A stretch of 27,160 nucleotides of DNA from a virus (taxonomy: Duplodnaviria; Caudoviricetes), in the IMG/VR virus record IMGVR_UViG_3300036821_000011, positions 1-27,160 of that record, one strand, 5' to 3'. Shown here one piece after another: positions 17,450-25,448 of the stretch (positions are counted from its first letter, which is position 1; every line of letters starts with the position of its first letter). The position numbers and the translations under genes were made by a program. The notes beneath the pieces were generated by a model. The model made no database searches and was not told the DNA's origin. It saw only the letters and a program-made list of their open reading frames with translations.

Positions 17450-17713
17450 CTAGGGCCATCCTGGGTAGCTTGTGTCACCACGGTTCAATCCCCCGAAGAG
17501 CTCCGCCGGCTCTGCTGGCTGCGCCCAGTCCCTTGGGTACTTCCAGAAGTCGAACCGGCAGTAGAGGATTGTGCTTGGCCCGCTTGGGGGTCCTTGGAGG
17601 AGGGGCTCGCCGCAGTTTGGGCAGGCGACTGGCGGGACGATCCCGTTCCCTGGGCTGAGGCTCCACTCTTGCCTTGCTTGCTTCCTGATGTCGAGGAGCT
17701 GGTACCAGCTGAT
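17450..17713 (-). CDS. Hidden 87-aa zinc-ribbon-like protein, putative ATC start, overprinted on 17485-17925
   Basis: Manual translation: (M)SWYQLLDIRKQARQEWSLSPGNGIVPPVACPNCGEPLLQGPPSGPSTILYCRFDFWKYPRDWAQPAEPAELFGGLNRGDTSYPGWP. SD AAGGTGA (17726-17720) lies 6 nt before ATC. The stop abuts the next ATG (TAGATG). Confidence 0.75.
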   Translation of the reverse strand: MSWYQLLDIRKQARQEWSLSPGNGIVPPVACPNCGEPLLQGPPSGPSTILYCRFDFWKYPRDWAQPAEPAELFGGLNRGDTSYPGWP

Positions 17714-17925
17714 GGCTCGTCACCTTCTTCAACGACTTGTTCTTGTCCTGGAAAATCTGGTAGCGGCGTACCCGCCCGCTGTTCAGCGACGGTCACCGTC
17801 TCGTCGTCGGGTACCCCGGCTGCCTTCTGATCGGCCACGGAGAGGAATACCCGCTCGCCGCGCTCCTGGCCGGGGACGACCGGCTCCCAGTTGCTGGGAG
17901 GAAGATCAATTCGCAGCTTCGGCAT
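17485..17925 (-). CDS. Hypothetical protein with Ser/Gly/Gln low-complexity C-terminal half (146 aa)
   Basis: ATG lies 5 nt after the upstream stop. The low-complexity half coincides with the overlap with 17450-17713. Confidence 0.65.
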   Translation of the reverse strand: MPKLRIDLPPSNWEPVVPGQERGERVFLSVADQKAAGVPDDETVTVAEQRAGTPLPDFPGQEQVVEEGDEPSAGTSSSTSGSKQGKSGASAQGTGSSRQSPAQTAASPSSKDPQAGQAQSSTAGSTSGSTQGTGRSQQSRRSSSGD

Positions 17926-17930
17926 GACGC

Positions 17931-18068
17931 TCAGTGCTTCCTAGTCGTGTCACGAACCGGAGGATGGAAAAGCCCGGTCGCAGAGTTGGTGACGCCCTTC
18001 TTGGTCAGCGTCGCGAGCTCCTTGGACTGATCGAAATTGCTTACTTCTTCCCACGACGCCTTAGCCAT
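17931..18068 (-). CDS. Small hypothetical protein (45 aa, MAKASWEEVSN...)
   Basis: SD AGGAAGGAG precedes ATG 18068, which overlaps the upstream stop. Confidence 0.6.
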   Translation of the reverse strand: MAKASWEEVSNFDQSKELATLTKKGVTNSATGLFHPPVRDTTRKH

Positions 18069-18342
18069 CGCTCTTGCTCCTTCCTGATGACTTCCGCTGG
18101 GGTGACGACGACGCCGGGCTGTCGCCGGTAGGAGGCCCAGCGTCAGCTGACCCTTCCTCTGCGCCACCTAGTCCCGCCGCGCCCGATGAGTCATCCGGCG
18201 CCGTCGCCACGTTCTCTGCCTCGCTACGGGCTTCCGCCTCGCTACGAGGGGTATGGCACCCAGGGCACTGTTCCTCGCCGTCGCGCGGGATGATCTCCTG
18301 CGTACCACATACCGTACAGGTCCATGCTCCTGGGAATGACAT
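18061..18342 (-). CDS. Zinc-ribbon protein with disordered tail (93 aa)
   Basis: WTCTVCG...CPGCHTPR, then an acidic/Ser-rich tail. Confidence 0.75.
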   Translation of the reverse strand: MSFPGAWTCTVCGTQEIIPRDGEEQCPGCHTPRSEAEARSEAENVATAPDDSSGAAGLGGAEEGSADAGPPTGDSPASSSPQRKSSGRSKSDG

Positions 18343-18343
18343 A

Positions 18344-18820
18344 TTACTCCTCCCACTCCACGTTCAGCTGGAAGTAATGCGATGCCGGCAGCGCCGCACC
18401 AGTCCGGTTGACGAACGCGAGGCCCAGCGAAGTCGAACCGCCGACGTACAGTTCTTCCATCAGTTCGTAGGGCAGGTCACCCATCAGCTGATCGTTGAAG
18501 GTGATCGTCGCCACGTCAGCCGTCTGAGCGCCGATCGTAGGAGGCGTGCCGAACGTAGTAACCAGGAACACCTTATTCACAGGGCCCAGGCCACCGGGCT
18601 GGTAAGCGAACGTAGTTGCGTTGGTCGGGGTCGCGGCAGCGCCGGAGGTAACCGACAGGCCGACCGCAACCTGCATCGACGTAATAGCGCCACCCGAGTT
18701 GCCGACGCCGACGTTGACCCGGCGCAGCTTCGCGTAGAATGCCACGTAGCCGATGAAGCCGAACATCGTGTTGTTGGCGACAGCCGCCGCTGACTGGAGG
18801 TTAGCTGCATACCTAGCCAT
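18344..18820 (-). CDS. Putative virion beta-sandwich protein (158 aa)
   Basis: Ala/Gly/Thr/Val-rich, ends in NVEWEE, coupled to both neighbours. Confidence 0.7.
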   Translation of the reverse strand: MARYAANLQSAAAVANNTMFGFIGYVAFYAKLRRVNVGVGNSGGAITSMQVAVGLSVTSGAAATPTNATTFAYQPGGLGPVNKVFLVTTFGTPPTIGAQTADVATITFNDQLMGDLPYELMEELYVGGSTSLGLAFVNRTGAALPASHYFQLNVEWEE

Positions 18821-19127
18821 CGGACGCGCCCCTTACCTCGGCCAGCTGCCGTCGTAGGTCTTCGATCTCGCTTTGCGCGTCGTGTTCGGCCGTGCCCTCA
18901 GGCGACAGCTTCCTCAGGCGCTGCTCGTGTGTGACGCCAGAACTGTACTCAGCGTGAAGTTCCACGATGTTCTGGGCGACGTTCTTGAGCGCCTGAACAT
19001 CCCCATGCAGATGCTGAAGATTCGAGTCCTGTCCCCAGCCCGCCGTAGCGTGCTCATTCGCCAGACCCGTCAGGTACTGCTCGATGTCGTCTAGCTCAGC
19101 TAGGACGTCACGATCGTTGCCTGCCAA
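18813..19127 (-). CDS. Hypothetical helical/coiled-coil protein (104 aa)
   Basis: TTG start after SD AGGAGG. Heptad-like acidic helices. Confidence 0.7.
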   Translation of the reverse strand: MAGNDRDVLAELDDIEQYLTGLANEHATAGWGQDSNLQHLHGDVQALKNVAQNIVELHAEYSSGVTHEQRLRKLSPEGTAEHDAQSEIEDLRRQLAEVRGASDG

Positions 19128-19138
19128 TTCCTTCCCTC

Positions 19139-19597
19139 CTAGCTAACTGATGCACCGCTGTCTAGCGGGACATAAACCAAGTACCACTGCATCTGACCGG
19201 TGTCGCCCGCAGTAGTCGTCCAGGTAATGACGCCAGCCGGAACTATGAACGGAACGACTGGCGCCTGAAGCGCGACGACGTTGCCCTGGAAGGGCGCAGC
19301 TGCGACCCCAGCAGAGAAGTTCGCCGCGTACCACGAGCCGAGTACCTTGCTCGTGACGACGGCTGATGTTGCTATGCTCGCGCTCGCGTTCGCGCCACCG
19401 GTAGGCGTATTGCCTAGGCTGAGGCTGGTGACGGTAGCCCCTAGAGCCGTCGTCACCAGCCCAGCCATCAGCTGAACAACTACCGATCCGCCGGTCACCG
19501 TGTACAGCGTACTCGTCGCTGTCTGAGGAAGCGCCTGGGCACCCTTTGTCACAAGGTAGCCCGGTACCCCGCCAGCCCCACGGATCTCGACAGACAT
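19139..19597 (-). CDS. Putative capsid decoration protein, paralog B (152 aa)
   Basis: LPQTATSTLYTVTGGSVVV...ITWTTTAGDTGQMQWYLVYVPL, clearly similar to the adjacent gene. Confidence 0.7.
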   Translation of the reverse strand: MSVEIRGAGGVPGYLVTKGAQALPQTATSTLYTVTGGSVVVQLMAGLVTTALGATVTSLSLGNTPTGGANASASIATSAVVTSKVLGSWYAANFSAGVAAAPFQGNVVALQAPVVPFIVPAGVITWTTTAGDTGQMQWYLVYVPLDSGASVS

Positions 19598-19598
19598 A

Positions 19599-20081
19599 TC
19601 AGACCGCCGTTACCGTTGCGCCGAACTTGGGCGAGAGCGGCTGGTAGTACAGGATCCAGGTAACCGCCCCGGCGTTCGTGGCATCGGTCGTGATCGTGAT
19701 ATTTGCCGCGATCGTCACGAAAATGCCAGCCGACGCTGCCGCCCCTGACGCGACAACAGGGGCCGGAAGCGCGCCGCCCGAAGTCAGCGGCATCTGGATG
19801 ACGCTACCGACCGCTGTTGCGTTGTATGCCGCAACCGGTGCCGCTGCGATAGCGGCCGGCAGGCCCGTCACGCCGATCGTCGGCTTCACGGCCGTAGCCG
19901 CGAACAGGGTACTGACGACGCCGACCAGCCCGGTCACCACGACGGAGCCGGTCACCGCGAACAGGTTGCCCGTAGCCGTAGCCGGCAGTACCTTACCGAC
20001 GTTGACGACGACATGGCCAGTCTCCACCCTGCCGTGCGAAGTGACATCCCTGTAGAGAAAGCCCTTGGCGCCGTTCGACAT
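19599..20081 (-). CDS. Putative capsid decoration protein, paralog A (160 aa)
   Basis: LPATATGNLFAVTGSVVV...ITITTDATNAGAVTWILYYQPL. Confidence 0.7.
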   Translation of the reverse strand: MSNGAKGFLYRDVTSHGRVETGHVVVNVGKVLPATATGNLFAVTGSVVVTGLVGVVSTLFAATAVKPTIGVTGLPAAIAAAPVAAYNATAVGSVIQMPLTSGGALPAPVVASGAAASAGIFVTIAANITITTDATNAGAVTWILYYQPLSPKFGATVTAV

Positions 20082-20082
20082 G

Positions 20083-20526
20083 TCAGCTCCCCAGGATTTC
20101 CAGGCTTGCCGGCGCGCGCTGGTGAACCAGGTCTCCCAGAGTTACCGAGCAGAGGCCGGAACCGGTTGCCACGGCGTTCAGGTAGTTGAACGGGTCGGAC
20201 AGCTGCGACGTGTACACATGGAACACAGTCATCGCGGCCGTAGTCAGCCCGGTCGTAGTACCGTGGGTGTAGGTGCTGACCTGCGGAGAGAAGATCAGCT
20301 TGTTCCATCCGGCCGTCCCGTCCGTGGCGGTTGACCAGTAAACGTCGCGGATAGCCGCGAGCGCCGTGTCAGCGCCGCCGAACGAGGATCGCTCGTTCAG
20401 CGTGATGACGGCGGTTGCCCCAGTCACGACGACCATGACGACGCTTGCACTACGCAGCTTAAAAGGCTTGCCGCTCGCGATCGGGATGACGTTGACCGTA
20501 CGGCCAAGCATCTCCATTCCTGCCAT
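20083..20526 (-). CDS. Putative head decoration/cement protein (147 aa)
   Basis: First gene after the capsid gene, with SD AGGAAGG. Beta-rich. Function inferred from position only. Confidence 0.65.
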   Translation of the reverse strand: MAGMEMLGRTVNVIPIASGKPFKLRSASVVMVVVTGATAVITLNERSSFGGADTALAAIRDVYWSTATDGTAGWNKLIFSPQVSTYTHGTTTGLTTAAMTVFHVYTSQLSDPFNYLNAVATGSGLCSVTLGDLVHQRAPASLEILGS

Positions 20527-20542
20527 TACTACTTTCCTTCCT

Positions 20543-20562
20543 GCCGGGGTTTCAATGCCGGC
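20543..20562 (-). promoter_or_regulatory. Post-capsid intergenic stem-loop abutting the next RBS
   Basis: GCCGG-CATTGAAACC-CCGGC is followed by AGGAAGGAAAG. There is no U-tract. Confidence 0.35.
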
Positions 20563-20608
20563 GGATTCGCGCCTACAACCGCACGTACTCCGGGAACGGC
20601 GCTAGGGG

Positions 20609-22024
20609 TTACCGCTGTGCTAGCTGCACGAACGGGGTCAGGGTGCTGCTTGAGTTGTTGTGAGGAGTGATCGCGCTCTGGATCCACGGACGCCCATCGA
20701 GACGCTCGATGACCCGGAATGCGGTCTTGTCGTTCTGGAACTTGTACTGCTCGCTGCTCGCCGTCTGCATCATCTGGCGGTCACCGATCAGGTAGTAGGA
20801 CAGGTCCACGAAGTTGATGTCTCCGGGGCTGCCGAGTACCGGGGTCTTCTCGGTGAAGAAGACCGGGCGCCCCAGGATCGTCACCGGAGGAGTCGCCGCG
20901 CCGGGGTTGGTGTAGTTGCCCATCCACACCGGCCCGCCACCGGTACCGACGGACAGCGCCATCGTCGCCAGTTCGGGGAAGGTGTCGATCGAGCAAATCC
21001 AGCAGGCGTTGCCGAGCGCGGTCGGCAGCATACGGGCGAACATCTTGACGACGTTCTCCCATACGATCGTTGCCGCCGCCTGGCCGGTCTCCTTCGCCAC
21101 GTTCACGGAAGCCGGGCAGTTCACGAATCCCAGCGGCTCGCCAACGCCCGTACCGTTCATGAACGCGATGTCTTCGAACCAGGCGATGGCCCTCGGGAAG
21201 ATCGTGTCGAAGAACGAGGAGAACGCCGGGGCGTCCGACAGGAGCTCGTTCGGCACTTCGGCATAGCCGGTCAGCTTCTTGGCGTCGAGCACGACGCGGC
21301 CGAAGCTGGCCTGGGACTCGACCAGCTGCGCAGCCTCTTCAGTCCAGTAGCAGACCACGCCGCCGAACACCGAACTGACGTTGCTCGTGGTGTCGATCAT
21401 CGGGATGGGCACCCGCAGGCTATCCATCGGGATGACCTGAGCGCGAGGCCGCACGACCGCCGACTCCAGCGCGACTTCGAGAATGTCGCTACGGAGCGTC
21501 TCGGGGATCAGGAACCCGCCGTCCGCCGGAACCTCAGACCCGTAGCTGTTCTGGATCTTGAGAATCTTGCCCCGGAGCTCCGCCAGATGCTCGCTGTTCT
21601 TGAGCGTCTCGAATCGGGGCCAGACAGCCTGGAAGTACTCCGCGGACGAGTCGATGTGGAGATCGCCCATGTCCCGCTCCAGGCGGGCGCCGAAGCTGTT
21701 CTTGTTGTAGACGGCGCCCTTGCCAGTGCTGACCTTGCGAACATCGGACCCGTACCGGTTACCGTTGGCGTTCGAGAAGTTGCCGGCCAGCTTGCCGTTC
21801 ATCGTGAATCCCTGGCCGTTGTTCTTCATGAACTCAGCCAGACCGATCTGGACCTGCTCCTTGATCTGGGCCTGGAGGTCAGCGTCCTTCTTCATGGTCG
21901 CCTGCGCATAGACGCCGATGAACTCCTTGAACTTGCCCGGCTCCGACATCATCATCCGGACCTTGGCCGGATCGCCCAGGAAGTCCTCCAACTCGTCCGG
22001 GCTGCTTGGAATGGTTACCGGCAT
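20609..22024 (-). CDS. Major capsid protein (HK97 fold)
   Basis: 471 aa with DGGFLIPE, WTEEA, KKLTGYAEVPNELLSD, GTGVGEPLG, TILGRPV, GDINFVDLSYYLIGDRQ and RLDGRPW. The ~160-aa N-terminal extension could act as a scaffold/delta domain. Confidence 0.96.
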   Translation of the reverse strand: MPVTIPSSPDELEDFLGDPAKVRMMMSEPGKFKEFIGVYAQATMKKDADLQAQIKEQVQIGLAEFMKNNGQGFTMNGKLAGNFSNANGNRYGSDVRKVSTGKGAVYNKNSFGARLERDMGDLHIDSSAEYFQAVWPRFETLKNSEHLAELRGKILKIQNSYGSEVPADGGFLIPETLRSDILEVALESAVVRPRAQVIPMDSLRVPIPMIDTTSNVSSVFGGVVCYWTEEAAQLVESQASFGRVVLDAKKLTGYAEVPNELLSDAPAFSSFFDTIFPRAIAWFEDIAFMNGTGVGEPLGFVNCPASVNVAKETGQAAATIVWENVVKMFARMLPTALGNACWICSIDTFPELATMALSVGTGGGPVWMGNYTNPGAATPPVTILGRPVFFTEKTPVLGSPGDINFVDLSYYLIGDRQMMQTASSEQYKFQNDKTAFRVIERLDGRPWIQSAITPHNNSSSTLTPFVQLAQR

Positions 22025-22025
22025 T

Positions 22026-23300
22026 TCACGCTCCCTTCAGAGCATTGAGGATCTGGTCGTCCGAAAGTTCAGACCAGAATTCGTTCTCGCTGTGATCGGA
22101 CGACTTGCCGCTGTCGTCGTCACCACTCGGCAACCCGAGTGCACGCGCGTGAGCCTTCAGATGACTCAGCGCGGCGTCCTTGTTCTTCAGATCCTGCGTC
22201 TGGTTCCAGCGACCGAGCGCCGCGACAACGCCGCCCTTGTCGGGGCCACTACCCGGCCCGTTGTGGTGCGGGAGCGCCCAGTGACTAGAGCTGTCAGGCT
22301 CGCCGCTCGTGTGCTCGCCCGCGCAGATAGACCGGAAGTCCGAAGCCGAGTGGCACTTGGCCAGGGCTGCAGCCGCGTCCCAGAACCAGATCTCCATATG
22401 GCCATCGGCATGCATCACGACAACGCCGCCCTCATCGGCTCGCGCCGATACTCCGGCGTGCGAGTGATCGTGGTTGTTATCGTTGTGATGAGCATGCTTG
22501 TGCGAGTGATTGCCATCGCTGTTCGCGCCGGGGCCATCATGCGCAGGATGGTTATGGGTGTGGCCATCGGTAGTCATCGGGCCGTGGCTGCCGTCAGTAC
22601 CGTCGTCGGCGTCGTTGTCGCTGTTGGCGTTCCGGGTCGCCGGGCCCCTGGGCAGCGTACCGCCGCTGGCGAATACGCCCATATCCCAGTTGTCCGACGG
22701 CGGGATAGCAACCCGTCCACCCGAGTAGTCAGTCAGCTTGTCGGCCAGGCCGATGTCGATCGCTTCCTGGCCGTAGTACCAGGTCTCCGAGCGCATCAGC
22801 TCCCGCCAGTACGCCTGCGTCTTACCGGCGTGCTGAGCGTAGATGCCCGCGATCATGTCGGAAGTCTTCTCCAGGTGATCCGCAAGCTCCCGGAAATCAG
22901 TCGCCGTACCGATGCCCATGGCGAAGCCGTCGTGGATCATCATCTTCGCCTGCGGCGCAATCCGTACCTCCTTGCCGGCCATAGCGATGACCGAGGCGAT
23001 ACTGGCCGCGAGGCTGTCGATGGTGACGCTCACGTTGTCGCGGGCCATGAGCGCGTTGTAGATCGCGATGCCGTCGTCAACCTCGCCGCCCGGCGAGTTG
23101 ATATGAACATCGAGCGGTCCTTGCACATCAGCGAGGTCACGTATCATATCGTTGGCACTGACGCCAAAGAACCCGATCTCATCGTAGATATGCAACTGAG
23201 CTGGCCCATTAGCCTGGTTCCGGATTCGGTACCAGTCAGTACGACCAGCGTGCAGTGCGAACAACCTTCTTGTCGTCCGCCAGGGAGTGTTGTTTGTCAT
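22026..23300 (-). CDS. ClpP-type (S14) prohead maturation protease with His-rich linker and extra C-terminal domain
   Basis: HINSPGG, AASIASVIAMAG (catalytic Ser), MMIHD (His), ETWY...EAIDIGLAD. Confidence 0.93.
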   Translation of the reverse strand: MTNNTPWRTTRRLFALHAGRTDWYRIRNQANGPAQLHIYDEIGFFGVSANDMIRDLADVQGPLDVHINSPGGEVDDGIAIYNALMARDNVSVTIDSLAASIASVIAMAGKEVRIAPQAKMMIHDGFAMGIGTATDFRELADHLEKTSDMIAGIYAQHAGKTQAYWRELMRSETWYYGQEAIDIGLADKLTDYSGGRVAIPPSDNWDMGVFASGGTLPRGPATRNANSDNDADDGTDGSHGPMTTDGHTHNHPAHDGPGANSDGNHSHKHAHHNDNNHDHSHAGVSARADEGGVVVMHADGHMEIWFWDAAAALAKCHSASDFRSICAGEHTSGEPDSSSHWALPHHNGPGSGPDKGGVVAALGRWNQTQDLKNKDAALSHLKAHARALGLPSGDDDSGKSSDHSENEFWSELSDDQILNALKGA

Positions 23301-24757
23301 ACGAGCTCCTTATGCCCGTTGGTGTGACTGTTACCGAAAGATTCTCTGATCAGCGACGCCAGTGCATGAGCCTCGATATCGCTCATGTCCCTGGACGTTA
23401 TCGCCCTGCGAACACCACCCCGTAGCGCCGATGCCGCCTCAACAGCCTCGTGCCTCGTGAACTCGTACTGGCTCGCCTCAGGATTACCCTCGCCCGGCCC
23501 AGGGGGCGTCCCTGGCAGCGCCGCAGCCGGGGGCCCGGTAAAGGCCATGGGCGGTAGGCCGACCACCTCTAGCACCTCGCCTGGGTCCCAGCCAGCCTTG
23601 GCCAGTACGGCAGCCGCTGCGCTCTTGGACGTTAGCTCGTCGTTGGCGTCATTGCTGCTCGTTGGCGTCGGGTCCTCAAAGTCAAATTCGCGATCGGCAC
23701 TGGTGCCTGCGAACATCGGCAGGTACATGGAGTTCAGTACGTTACGGGTACGCTCTAGCCGGGTAACCTCGTGCCAGGCCACGTGAACTTCTTCGGCGGT
23801 CTGCGCATTCGCGCGGTTCACGTCATCCGAGTTGCCGAGCATGGCCTGGTGAATGCGGTACGCCTCGCGGATGATGTCGCGATCGACCTTGCTCAGCTCC
23901 GCGAACTGCATGTCACGCATCGTGTACGTGTTCTGCGTCCAGGTAGCGCCCTGCTCTAGCACCCCAACCCGGTGCCCGCGAGCTAGCCCCTGGTGCTGCT
24001 CACGCCAGCGATCTGAGAACTCATCAAACTCGTCATCAGTTAGCCGCTTGCTAAAGGTAACGATACCACCTGGCGTCGCGCTGTTCAGGAAGAAGTTACG
24101 GCTCCATTCGGCCGTATACCGCTGGCTGTCGATGTTGGCCATGATCGACTGGATAGGACTCATGCCACGGTAGAAGTCGGTCGGGTGCGGATAACGCATC
24201 TGGATAACTTCACTCGTGTCCAGCGGTACCTGCTCACCATTCGGACCAGAGTAAATCCAGCCAGCTAGGTACTTCTGGCGATCCGGCACTGGCTCCATGC
24301 GGTCGGGGCGTACATTCCACATCGCTATAGGAACACCCTTGCCGCTGGGGCCCCGGTCAAGTACCCAGTACCATTCGCCGACTAGCTCCATAAACTGCCA
24401 GCCGACCTCACGGAAGTCATTGCCCGTAGCGAAGTCGTTGGGCTTCTTCCAGAGATCCATGGCCAGATGCTTCAGAACCTCGACGCGCTGGTCTGAGCCT
24501 ACGTCCGACCGCGAGTAGCGGACACGACCGTCCTGCTGCGACCTGAACATCTTCCAGACTGCCTTAGCCTGGCCCGTCGAGATCAGCTGGACGATCGCGT
24601 ACAGGGTACCGCTATTGCCCATCGACTGAAGCTGACTAAACCGGTCCTGGCCACCCGAGCCGTACAGCCGATTACCCTGCACATTCCAGCGGCTGGCGTG
24701 CGGGATCGGCCCGGCAAGATTGAGCATCTTGCCTATGAGGCTCTTCCCGCCAGCCAT
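23297..24757 (-). CDS. Portal protein (HK97 family)
   Basis: GEWYW, RPDRM, GMSPI, NFFLNSATPGG, VLEQGATW, DMQFAE, NRANA. Located directly upstream of the protease. Confidence 0.95.
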   Translation of the reverse strand: MAGGKSLIGKMLNLAGPIPHASRWNVQGNRLYGSGGQDRFSQLQSMGNSGTLYAIVQLISTGQAKAVWKMFRSQQDGRVRYSRSDVGSDQRVEVLKHLAMDLWKKPNDFATGNDFREVGWQFMELVGEWYWVLDRGPSGKGVPIAMWNVRPDRMEPVPDRQKYLAGWIYSGPNGEQVPLDTSEVIQMRYPHPTDFYRGMSPIQSIMANIDSQRYTAEWSRNFFLNSATPGGIVTFSKRLTDDEFDEFSDRWREQHQGLARGHRVGVLEQGATWTQNTYTMRDMQFAELSKVDRDIIREAYRIHQAMLGNSDDVNRANAQTAEEVHVAWHEVTRLERTRNVLNSMYLPMFAGTSADREFDFEDPTPTSSNDANDELTSKSAAAAVLAKAGWDPGEVLEVVGLPPMAFTGPPAAALPGTPPGPGEGNPEASQYEFTRHEAVEAASALRGGVRRAITSRDMSDIEAHALASLIRESFGNSHTNGHKELV

Positions 24758-24760
24758 CGT

Positions 24761-24904
24761 TCAGTCTTCCGAGTCAAGCCCCATGTGACCGCCGCCGCCA
24801 GACTTCGGCGGCGTACCAGTCTCCTGGTCTGGGCCTACAGTGCCCTCGTTCGGGCGCCCGGTCTCGCCTTCCTGCTCTACCTTACCAGGCCGGTGTTCTG
24901 CCAT
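24761..24904 (-). CDS. Small acidic/Gly-rich peptide (47 aa)
   Basis: Below the ORF-track cutoff. MAEHRPGKVEQEGETGRPNEGTVGPDQETGTPPKSGGGGHMGLDSED fills the gap between the PLD stop (24906) and the portal start (24757). Confidence 0.6.
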   Translation of the reverse strand: MAEHRPGKVEQEGETGRPNEGTVGPDQETGTPPKSGGGGHMGLDSED

Positions 24905-24905
24905 C

Positions 24906-25448
24906 TTACTGTCCTTTCGCTGCTGCGGCTGTGAGCATATGCTCGTGAATCATGTCAATGCGGTGCCGCGCCTCGGCTGCCACATTCGGGTCGCGAACCA
25001 GGGTCAGCTGATTATCCTGCTTCTCCTCGCCGCCAGTCGACCAGTTAGTGCTGCCGGTCACGACATCCAGACCGTCTACCACTAGGAGCTTCATGTGCAT
25101 GATAGCGCCCTTCTCGGAACGGCCGATCGCTACCGAGTTGGACGGGAATGCGTCTTGCGCCAGAAGTGCCTTCTCGTGAACACCGCCTGCCTGGCTGCTG
25201 TCAAGCGTCAGACTCACGTAGCACTGATCGTTCTGAAGCTTACCCAGAAGCGCTGCGGCAATCTCGTCATCGTCAAAGCCGTACATTGCCACGACGAGAG
25301 ATTTGGTAGCCGAGTTCACAACATCGACAAGCACGCCGTGCACGTCATCTACCGGAGAGTAGAACGTCAGCGTGTTCACAGGGTAGCCGGGCGCGAACGG
25401 GCCACCCGTCTTGTGCTTGTACAGCGTAGTGAGATCGGCTAGGGCCAT
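24906..25448 (-). CDS. Phospholipase D superfamily protein, single HKD (Nuc/Zucchini-like)
   Basis: HMKLLVVD...TGSTNWS matches HxKxxxxD-x5/6-GSxN. Also FYSP and SLVVAMYGF. No signal peptide is evident. Confidence 0.9.
   Translation of the reverse strand: MALADLTTLYKHKTGGPFAPGYPVNTLTFYSPVDDVHGVLVDVVNSATKSLVVAMYGFDDDEIAAALLGKLQNDQCYVSLTLDSSQAGGVHEKALLAQDAFPSNSVAIGRSEKGAIMHMKLLVVDGLDVVTGSTNWSTGGEEKQDNQLTLVRDPNVAAEARHRIDMIHEHMLTAAAAKGQ

Noticed and set aside
17475-17732. 85-aa TTG-start ORF, making all three minus frames open here
   Set aside because: It is Arg/Pro-rich frame-shadow sequence with no convincing SD or coupling. The ATC frame is far more protein-like.
20660-23327. Two long plus-strand ORFs (462 and 469 aa)
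   Set aside because: They are antisense shadows of the capsid and protease genes, expected with high-GC codon bias, and have no recognisable motifs.
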